Below the pieces are notes generated by a model. That model had not been told where the DNA came from, did no database searches, and was given only the letters and a program-made list of their open reading frames with translations. A stretch of DNA of 63,044 nt, the filler included, from Hyphochytrium catenoides (Eukaryota > Protista > Hyphochytriomycota), in the NCBI GenBank assembly GCA_900088475.1. It is 10 parts of 10 records of this genome, joined end to end, with 100 filler letters (N's around TTAATTAATTAA, not from the genome) between each part and the next. Parts side by side here need not be neighbours in the genome. Positions count along the whole stretch, not along the records: positions 12,026 to 29,642 come from FLMG01000820.1; 9 more parts are not named here. One strand, given 5' to 3'. Position 1 is the stretch's first letter. Every line of letters begins with the position of its first letter. Below are positions 12,516 through 21,633 of the stretch, one piece after another. Position numbers and translations under genes: made by a program.

Positions 12516-12886
12516 TGTTAGATTTTATCATTGGATGGTGAGCACTTTGAATTAATATGGGGGGGGTGTCTGGATATACCGGAGAAAAGTTTTGTACGCT
12601 CCGGGATGTGAACCCAGGACCTCTGCCTTTGATGCCGACACCCTAACCAGTATGCACCATACACCAAACNNNNNNNNNNNNNNNNNNNNNNNNNNNNNNN
12701 NNNNNNNNNNNNNNNNNNNNNNNNNNNNNNNNNNNNNNNNNNNNNNNNNNNNNCTAAATAACCAGTATGCACCATACACCAAACGTACTCTTGACTAATC
12801 TCCGTTTTCCTTTATATACCAGGGATTTTCCCCTCTGCGTCGTCCGCTGTACACTTTTTGGTTTCAGCGTCCATCACAGTTCAACA
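12516..12886 (-). mobile_element. LTR-A: solo LTR (or collapsed TRIM) carrying a tRNA-like sequence
   Basis: Termini TGTTAG...TTCAACA with a 5-bp TSD GGCAC at 12511-12515 and 12887-12891. Homologous to copies at 17484, 56292, 57144 and 57326. Internal N gap. Strand given is that of the tRNA-like module. Confidence 0.85.
12593..12788 (-). ncRNA. tRNA-like Pol III module inside LTR-A, split by an N gap
   Basis: Acceptor stem GTACGTT/AGCGTAC+A, T arm CTGGG-TTCACAT-CCCGG, anticodon-like arm TCGGC-ATCAAAG-GCAGA, then TTTT. Confidence 0.65.
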
Positions 12887-13283
12887 GGCACACTCTCTAA
12901 GGAATCTTTCTACTCATTCACCGACGCATCCTACAGCAGAGTAGTGAGTGAGTGAGTGAGTGAGTGAGTGAGGGAATGGCGAAACTTTCTCAACCATCGA
13001 CTGCCACAGGAGTCGCGTGACATGTCACCTCCACCCCTACAGCTAAAATTACAGGATAGAAGGTGATGCGTCTCAGGTAAAATGAGGTTACAACACAAGT
13101 TCGAGTGGACGCACGCGATGTGTCTCGTTTTGTGGTGATACGTCTCGCGTTACAAATTCGAGTTATGTTGATAAAAGCCCTTTCGCTTCCGCTCTGACCC
13201 CTTTTAGATCTCCAAAGTGCAGGCTTATAAGTGGAGCACTCTCATCTAATGACATTGTCCAATCATCCCACACAAATCCAACA

Positions 13284-13297
13284 GGTTATGGGCCCAC
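13284..13297 (+). promoter_or_regulatory. Primer binding site for a 5' half fragment of initiator tRNA-Met
   Basis: GGTTATGGGCCCAC directly follows the LTR end and is complementary to the tRNAiMet anticodon arm (GTGGGCCCATAACC), the PBS type used by Drosophila copia. Confidence 0.85.
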
Positions 13298-13699
13298 GCA
13301 TACCCCAGGACTCGAAAACTTGTTCTGAGGCCTCTGAGCCAACCACTGGACCATTGCGATCCCGACCCAGACCAAGATCAAGTCGGCCCACGGGAGCAGC
13401 CAACGCTCCACTGGGCAATAACGGCTACCCGGTCTCGCCGGCCACTAAAACAACTAGCCAGTACCGGCTATCGGTAAGGTCATCTAGCCGCTAGCGGCAA
13501 TCCTGTCCCTTTGAAACTTTCGGGATTATTTAAGCGAAAACTTCGGAGAAACAATTGAACCATTGAAAAGTTTCACCCAAAATTTCGGTATAAATTTCAA
13601 CTCTTCCACCGAAAATTTCAACCATACGAGCACTTTCCAAAGGGAAAGTTTCAGACACTATTTCGGGCCAAAATCACCTCTTTTCGGAGCTTTCAAAGA

Positions 13700-14800
13700 G
13701 TGACAGGGGGTAAACCGGCATCGCTGAGTTCATTGGTGCCATTATTTTCTTCTGAAACCGCTTCGTTTTGGAGATATCGTCCAATTTATCAAGGCAAGAA
13801 GAACATCAAATCCTATGGACACAAAGTCTACTATTGTCCATTTCTCTTTCCAATCTCATCATCAAGACCTATTTCAAGCCCCCAAAATCATCAACATAAT
13901 GAGCTCCTTCCTGGTTACGATATCAAAGCTACAGGGGATGGAGGACTCCCTGTTTGGCGATTGAAGATGGAGGCTTATCTCGATGAACTGAACCTCCTTC
14001 ATCATGTTGACGGGAGCCAAGGATCCCCTGATATCTCCTCAAAGAACAAGTCCATGTCTACGTCTAGGGCTACGATGCAGTCTTCTTGGCTAAAAAATGA
14101 CAAAAGGGCGTTCAACAAGATTGTTTTGGCAGTGGCTGACAACATTATTCCACTTCTACCTCGTAGAGGAACTGCGAGAGAAGCTTGGCTCAAATTGGAA
14201 GAACCTTTTGAGAGCAGAAGCGCAAACAACATTGTGACTACTCTTACCTCCTTCTTATCGGCAAAGGCAGATGAAGAACAAGACATTAGCATATTCCTGT
14301 GCGAGCAGAGAAGAAAGCTTGATTTACTTCGAGAAATGATGGAGAAGAAAGATTTCTACGACAACCTCTACAAAGCTGCAGTACTTATGGCCCTTCCACC
14401 CTCATATGAAGGTATTGCTCAAGCCATCCAAGTGCGTGGAACGGGGGGACTATGTGCAAGTGCCATAGATGAAATTCTTATCGGAGAAGAACAACACCGA
14501 AGACGTGCTATGCGCACTACCAGCAAGAGTTATGATGAAGAAGAAGGTTTTGCAGCATACACTCTACATCAACAAACGATAAAGGAACCTCATCATCACC
14601 ATCATCACGAGACCAAGAACAAGGCTCATCCAGGATCATCATCATCATCAAACATTAAAGTTCGGGACCAATGGCCGGAGTGCCCATTTTGCGGAAGTCG
14701 CAGTCATCCTTCGGAGAAATGCTGGGAACTCGAGCAGAACGCTCATCACAGACCGTCTTTCTGGAAATCACGCTCTAAGCAGAATCTGTCAAAGCTTTGA
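13700..14800 (+). CDS. gag: Copia-type Gag (UBN2/Retrotran_gag_2-like domain plus zinc knuckle); true start uncertain
   Basis: WRLKMEAYLDELNLLHHVDG, TAREAWLKLEE, LMALPPSYE, and the CX2CX4HX4C knuckle CPFCGSRSHPSEKC. Confidence 0.85.
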   Translation: MTGGKPASLSSLVPLFSSETASFWRYRPIYQGKKNIKSYGHKVYYCPFLFPISSSRPISSPQNHQHNELLPGYDIKATGDGGLPVWRLKMEAYLDELNLLHHVDGSQGSPDISSKNKSMSTSRATMQSSWLKNDKRAFNKIVLAVADNIIPLLPRRGTAREAWLKLEEPFESRSANNIVTTLTSFLSAKADEEQDISIFLCEQRRKLDLLREMMEKKDFYDNLYKAAVLMALPPSYEGIAQAIQVRGTGGLCASAIDEILIGEEQHRRRAMRTTSKSYDEEEGFAAYTLHQQTIKEPHHHHHHETKNKAHPGSSSSSNIKVRDQWPECPFCGSRSHPSEKCWELEQNAHHRPSFWKSRSKQNLSKL

Positions 14801-15638
14801 AGAAAATTATTGTTGATTTATCTTCATCAAAGAAGAAGACTTCTTATCGTGAAGCAGTCAAGGCAATACTGAGAAGAACTGAAGAACACAACCAGCTCAT
14901 CACTAAGGAAACATCTCAACAACCAACTAAACTATCTCTTTCCGAAGAGGAAGCACGGACAGGAGTCAACCATCATCAAGGTCCCAAGGATCCAAATGAA
15001 GGACAATTAAGCATTACGCAGGCCTCGTCGAATCAAGGAAAGCTTGACGCTAAAAACAATATTCTCCACTCTTTTTACCTAGCGCTGAAGCAATCAGACA
15101 ATGTGGAATTTTCTGGAGATCTCGACGCGTTTATCATCAAAGAGGCTAAGGAAACAACATCTCGCCAACCTCGCTGTTCATCGTACATCGAGAAATGTGT
15201 GCAATGGAAACCCACGAACCAAGTATTCTCTTTCTAGCGGGTCTCCAGCATGCGGGAAGGTGTTGAATGTTCAGCTTCGACCCTTCACAATTGGAAGTTC
15301 GAGCTGCGGGGAGGTGTTGGAGTCTGAGGGCACAGCTATGTGGCCCACAAGCTGGCAAGCTTAACTACCAAAGTTTCAGCTCTAAACTCCCAGTAGAAGC
15401 CGAGATATGAAGTAAAGGAAATGTCCCTGTTTATATCTATGGCTTATGGTCAGTACCCCAGGATACCTCCAGGACTGACTATTCTAGACAGGGATATCTC
15501 TATAACTCCATATCTTAGACTATATTAGGAATAGTTGGCATAGTGAGAATAGCTCTAGTTTATGGGACCCCAGTTGGGCTTATAAGTGGAGCACTCTCAT
15601 CTAATGACATTGTCCAATCATCCCACACAAATCCAACA

Positions 15639-15790
15639 GTTCCTGTGTTCTTCCGGGAATTCTTCTCACATCCCTCTTTCCCATAACACAGGTGTACCCG
15701 TAACGTCTATGTCCCTGAGAGCTAGGTGTGTATAGAGAGTGACTACTGTACTACTGACAACGAACATTGTAGCACTCAACACTCCCCCTC
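15639..15790 (-). mobile_element. LTR-B fragment (5' part of a 3' LTR) with adjacent polypurine tract
   Basis: On the minus strand GAGGGGGAG directly precedes TGTTGAGTGCTACAATG. Homologous to copies at 16217, 17604 and 56175-56291. Confidence 0.75.
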
Positions 15791-16064
15791 ATGCCTAGCT
15801 TCTCTGGATCATCAGTGGTGAGCGTCGAATTAACTCACCTAATTGTCGCTCTCACAAGCCTAGTGCTGTAGTCTGAGGGCACAGCTACGTGGACTACAAA
15901 GCTGGCAAGCTTAAGGGCGAAGAGCTAACTCCTGGGGAAAATCATTTCTAGGGAAAAGTTGCGAATCTGGCCCTTTAGGAATATTATCTATGGAGTTGTC
16001 GGAGAGCCAGGCCTCCCAAAAACGAACGGGTAGGCTCTCGACCTACCCATCCTTTTGAGTTTTT

Positions 16065-16365
16065 TGGTGAGTGCTACAATGTTCGTTGTCGTTAGTACAG
16101 TAGTCACGCTCTCTATACACACCTGTTGAGTCGGCCTACCCATCCTTTTGAGTTTTTTGTTGAGTGCTACAATGTTCGTTGTCAGTAGTACAGTAGTCAC
16201 TCTCTCTATACACACCTGTTGAGTGCTACAATGTTCATTGTCAGTAGTACAGTAGTCACTCTCTATATATACACCTAGCTCTCAGGGACATAGACGTTAC
16301 GGGTACACCTGTGTTATGGGAAAGAGGGATGTGAGAAGAATTTCCAGAACAACACAGGAAAAGCA
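16065..16365 (+). repeat. Three head-to-tail copies of the first ~59 bp of LTR-B (16065, 16158, 16217), then more LTR-B
   Basis: TG(T/G)TGAGTGCTACAATG...CTCTATACACACC is repeated; cctacccatccttttgagtttttt occurs twice between or before the units. Confidence 0.8.
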
Positions 16366-16399
16366 GAGGAGAGAGAGATCACGTCTGGAAACTGAAGAA

Positions 16400-16670
16400 G
16401 TCGATATATGGTCTCCGCCAGAACCCCAAGATGTGGAATGACACGCTGCACCATTATCTGATTGAGCAAGGGTTCCAGCGCAGCGTTTGTGGCTTTGGGG
16501 TTTACGTCAAGCGCCACTCTTCGAGACCTGAGGTTTTTCCCATTGGCGACCTTCTCTTGCAGGACACAGTGCTTGACATCTAGAGTCTTTGACTTTGGTC
16601 GTGAAGAGAGGAGCAGAGGACAATTGCGCTGGTCTATACTCCCTCTAAAGCTATGGTGGTAGCCGATTGC
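16400..16670 (-). pseudogene. Decayed copia RNase H fragment
   Basis: Shares cttctcttgcaggacacagtgcttgacatc with the RNase H fragment near 56575-56605; multiple frame disruptions. Confidence 0.55.
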
Positions 16671-17116
16671 CTCACCAAGCCTTTACCTGCTCCTCTCTTT
16701 CGGACACTGCGTCCTCACCTTGGAGTGCTCCCTCCTAGTGTTAGGACTCTTGCCACTACCCACCTAGCTTCGTCTGAGCATACTATACTGAGGAACCAAA
16801 TCCACTCCAACTCCTCCCTGTTGTAGCTGTATTTATATAGCAGTTTTTAGACCTACCGGCTATTGTTATAAAACCAATATACCCGGTTACTATTCCAAAT
16901 AAAAAACAAATATACTCGGCTATTATTCATCAAATCTCAATTTGCTGCGAATAATAGTCTCTATGAGATGCTCTAATCTAAGAATAACGGAGTACTATGA
17001 TCTAATCCTGCTTGAGCAAGTAAAAGTACGGTGTACTCGTACAAATAATCCTGCCGGTCAAGGCTGGATTACCCCTATCTAAAAGGGCGAGCCCTCAGGC
17101 TTGCCTGCTGTATTAA

Positions 17117-18212
17117 TATCTATGGCTTATGGTCAGTACCCCGGAATACCTTCAAGACTGACTGTTCTAGACAGGGATTTCTCTATGACTGAATATATTG
17201 GGGTTTATTAGGAATAGTTGGCATAGTCAAAGTAGCTCTACTTTAGGGGACCCCAGTTGGGCTTGTAAGTAGAGAGCTCTCATCTAATGACGTTGTCCAA
17301 TGATCCCATACAAATTTAACAATGATAAAATCTAACATAACTACTACCACAACCTGGAAAGCTTACCTACCCAAGTTCCAGCTCCAAGAGTAGAAGCCGA
17401 GATAACAAAAAGCAAGCGGAATGTCCCCGCTTATATCTATGGCTTATGGTCAGTATCCCGGAGTACTGTCAGGAATGACTGTTTGTTAAAATGTGACCGA
17501 TGCTAGAACCAAAAAGCGTACAGCGGACGACGCAGAAATGGACTGTTATAATTTCACGTTTGGTGTATGGTACATATTGGGTAAAGTGTCTGCATCAAAT
17601 ACATGCTGAGTGCTACAATGCTCGTTGTCAGTAGGACAGTACGCATTCTCTATACACACCTAGCTCTCAGGGACATAGACGTTACGGGTACACCACTTAT
17701 GGGAAAGAGGTGTGTGAGGAGAAGAATTCCATGAACTCTTCATTGTAAACGCCAGAGCAGAGAGACAAAGATGATGAGGGAAGCCGGGACGAGGCAAAAA
17801 TCTTCAGAGGAGACGAGACCAACCTCATCCATCATCCATTCATTGTTATAAATCAACTATCTAGTCCCTTTGTTGTTTCATCCAGATTGTACTCATACGT
17901 AAGCTTTCAGGCATTGCCATCCAGCTCTGTAAACTCATCAATACTACAGAGGTCCTGGGTAAAAGCCCCGAGTAAAAAACCTTTCTCCGATAATATAGAC
18001 ACCCCCAATATTACTCCGAAGTGCTAAGCAGCAAATGATGAAATCTAACTCTGTTTCTGGACACGAAAGTCTCTATGACTGATTATCTTAGGGTTTATTA
18101 AAAATAGTTGGCTTAGCCAGAATAGCTCTAGATTGTGGAAACCCCAATTGGGCTTATAAGTAGGGCACTCTCTTCTAGTGACATTGTCCAATCATCCCAT
18201 ACACATCCAACC
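17117..18212 (+). mobile_element. LTR cluster: partial LTR-C (17117-17321), then LTR-C containing LTR-A (17484-18050), which contains LTR-B (17604-17940)
   Basis: LTR-A is flanked by TSD CTGTT (17479-17483 and 18051-18055). LTR-B (TGCTGAG...CTCATCA) is flanked by ATACA/ATACT within the anticodon-like loop. LTR-C sequence resumes after 18055. Confidence 0.8.
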
Positions 18213-20143
18213 ACAAATCCAACCAATTGAGGTTCTAATGACGACAACACGTCCTCCAGCAGGGGTTAGCGAGGATTGAAGGCTGTCATTCGCATGCAGG
18301 ATACACGTGCTAATTGGGTCTCTTCTTATGTCCAAGTGTTATTCAGTGGAGATTGATGGGAAAGAACGACCAGCATGTAGCACAATAAAGTACTGTATAT
18401 CATCTTCTTCCGTTTACAAGTACATTCGCCGGGGAGGGAGGAAGGTCACAATATACCACGTCCACCTTCGCCAGGTATGGCTTTGTCTGACCGTTCTTCC
18501 TTGTATTGTCACACTCCACTCTCGTAAATCATCGAGGCACGCAAGGGAGAGGTAGTGACAGCCTTACTCTTCACCTTTGCAGCAAAGGTACAACAGGGGC
18601 CTCCCCTACGACATATTACATGGTATTCCGGATAAAGCACAGAAAAAGCCGCCTTAGTTAGATTGAAGTCTTTCGACTCTACCAGGCCAATTACTCCTCT
18701 CCCACCAGCCTTAGTCGGAGGAATGTCCAGCAGCTTTTGGCCATCATCGGAGATAATAGCTCGCGTGCCATAGTAAAAGGCAACGACGTGGTAGACGTGA
18801 TAAAAAAAATAGGTGGCAAAGTCCTCAATAATAAACACTTGGATGGCCCAGTGGAGGGAGGGACCGGTTTTCGGCTTCCGCTATGAGGTCTGTCTACGTC
18901 GTCGTCCAGGTTATACGTAGTCCGTGACCGGCATTACCTTCCGATGGCCACAACACTGAACTGCGATTAGAGTGGTGCAAGGGTATCGGTCAATCACGAG
19001 TGCTGTAGCTTCGGTCACTTCTATATGTCCACTTCCTCAACAACGGACGAACCACCTGATCCGCTGGATGAGGGTCGGCCGCTGTATGGGACGCGGTCTC
19101 TTCTCTTGGAGGTTATTCTCAGGACTGGTAGTAGTCCTTACTCGAAAGAGTTAACGAATGGCTCTAACGACGGATGCTCTAATTCTTGTCCCTTCTGGTC
19201 TCTTCCTCTTGCATGTTCTTAGAATAGCGTGCTGACCCAACCTCTCTTGCATGTTACTACTCTATCTTTGCATTCTCTGTAGTCTACTCTCTCGTGAGGG
19301 AGACTCTTTCCTCACCTCTGTATGGCAGGAAGTATAAAACTTCTTTCTGAAGTAGAGGACACGTTGTTACTTGCGCGTGCTCCCGCAAAAATGTCTTTCT
19401 GCGTGGTCCTTGTCTGAACTGAGGCCTGGCCAGCCAAGGTACAGACAGAGCACTTCTCATCACTCTCTCTCAAGATCCGTCCTTGGTTTCTTATATCACA
19501 GTCACACGGTATGAGTAGGAGTAGTAGCATCCCATTAATCTATGTCCGAGTAGCCAGGAAACGAGCTGTGAAGCTACGGTCGAAGATTGTCCTCATCAAG
19601 TGCTGTGTCCCCATGCATCTAATGGTCGGTCTCCTTCTATAATTTAATGATGGGGCGAGAACAACTTGCTAAGAACACACACAAAGACACATATAACACC
19701 GCCCTCCCTCGCTCACTGCTGGAGAAAGTAACCCGCCGTGGCTTCGCTTCCTGGCAGATGAGAAGGCATCTTTCTATTAGAGATCTTTCTACAGACAGAT
19801 ATTGGTCGTTTAGTACTTCACCCACCCCTCCCTGAACCTGGCTGAAGAGACTCTCTGCTGTTGTAAGACTTACTTCAACAGTTACATGCTTGCACATAGC
19901 TAACCACACCCAACACAAGGGCAAAACCCTGAACTCCCACACTTACTGAAAATGAAATAACATCGACGCCCAAGTTCGCAATCAACAGCTGCTAGCCCCA
20001 CAGTCAATGGGCCGGATGTTCCTGGGCAAGGAGTACTATATTAGTAGGTGAGATACCTCTTCGTTCTGACGAGGGAATCTCGAGAGACGAAAGGTGTTGC
20101 CCTGAAAGGGAAGGATGTTGATATTGAAGTCGTTAGAACCGTC

Positions 20144-21633
20144 CTAGGACTCGCAAATGGGTGAGAAGCCACGCAAGCCCTCAACAGACATTTGATAGGC
20201 GCCCGTGGCTCCCATCACAAAACAGCTAATGCCTATCACGAACGCGATCAAGAGCACTATGATAGCCGTCTTCCGAAGGCGACGGACAATATATCTAACG
20301 GCAACCTGTCCTACAATCGAGCCCAAGAACCCAAGGGCACCATAAAATAAGCCATAATGGTACGGAAGTGCACCCAATATAATGAACTGCATAGTTGTAG
20401 CAGAAGACGTGAAGAGGACCATGAAGGAGGACGTGGCTGCAGCCACTTCTGGAAGAACGCCCATGTCCAACAAAAGCGGACCCTTGATCATCCCGCCGCC
20501 TATACCCAGCATACCAGCTGCCACTCCAGCTATGAAGCAACACATTGGGTACTTTAGCGTGGCGTCCGCATTCCACGAAACGTCCCCGCGCACATACTGC
20601 CATCCCTTTATCCGAAGTGCACGATGTCTCTCAATTATATTTCTTCCTACCCACAGAGTGAATAGGAAAAGGATGAAGACAGTGAGGATGACTGTGGACC
20701 AATAGCCGACTGTCCCACACTTCAGGCCAATCGGACTTGGCATTCCATGGCCTCCTTTTAGTACTGCGTGGCTAATAAGGGTCACCCAATCAGCACCAAC
20801 AGAACTAGCTCCTTGTAGGGAATGATTCCCACCGCCTCGGTGTCTATGACATCCTTCCGGAAGGACTGGTACCCTCCTCCGGAGCCGAAATATCTCTGAG
20901 TAGTGGGCAATAGATTGGTGCTTTCCTTCAGTGCAGACGGTTCATGGCAATTTCTCCCCCGCCCATTCCGAGCTGCCAGGGCGGCTGCCCCTTCTCTACA
21001 TTGACCGCGTCTGCGAGTGAAAGATTTCCATTGTCTTATGACTCTGTACTGGATAGTCAGATCAGGACCTCTTTGGGATCTCCCAAGGATTGACCAGAAG
21101 CGGGCAATCTCTGCAATAACAGCCTTCTGTTGAACAGCTTCCTGAGCCCATATTCGCATCCCGGTCCGAGCAGTCCGTAGAGTTGTGACCGCCAGGAGCA
21201 TCACCAATAAAGCTATGAGAAGCCAGTTTGGGAAGACCTTATTTAGATAAACTCCTCCAATAGTGCCAGCTAGCGTCATGGGTTCCAGCAACACCGCCAT
21301 TTCATAGTCTATCAATGGACGAGTCCGATCCATCGGATGCTTGCTTCTATAGCCCAAAAGGAATGACGCTATCGCACTCCCAAAGATCGTAGCCTTACTC
21401 AAAGGTACCGCTTCCTGCGTCCTCCGCCCTAGCAAAAGTACAAAGGCAGGGATCAGGAGACCGCCACCACCCATACCTCCAGAGGAAGAGAGGACGACGG
21501 AGAGGAAGACTGCAGCAATGCCGATCAGGCTTCCTCCAAAGTTGGGCATAGACTCATGTGCTGCTGAAGAAGCTGGGTCTCCGGTCATCATGGTACTGTT
21601 TGAGAGCATTACTGCTAACCCCAAGACTTCCAT
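20144..21633 (-). CDS. Sulfite exporter TauE/SafE (TSUP) family membrane protein; intronless, with one frameshift near 20786
   Basis: SSSGGMGGGGLLIP, AVPLSKATIFG, HP..RPLIDYE, AGVAAGMLGIGGGMIKGPLLLDMGVLPEVAAATSSFMVLFTSS. The two ORFs join if one T is restored (ATT TGG GTG). Confidence 0.85.

Larger units (their letters stand above)
13222..15638 (+). mobile_element. Gag-only (pol-less) Ty1/copia element, LTR-C family
   Basis: Truncated 5' LTR ending ATCCAACA (13283), PBS at 13284-13297, gag ORF, purine tract GCGGGGAGG, and 3' LTR 15315-15638 with TGTTGGA...TCCAACA termini. No PR/IN/RT/RH motifs seen between gag and the 3' LTR. Confidence 0.85.
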
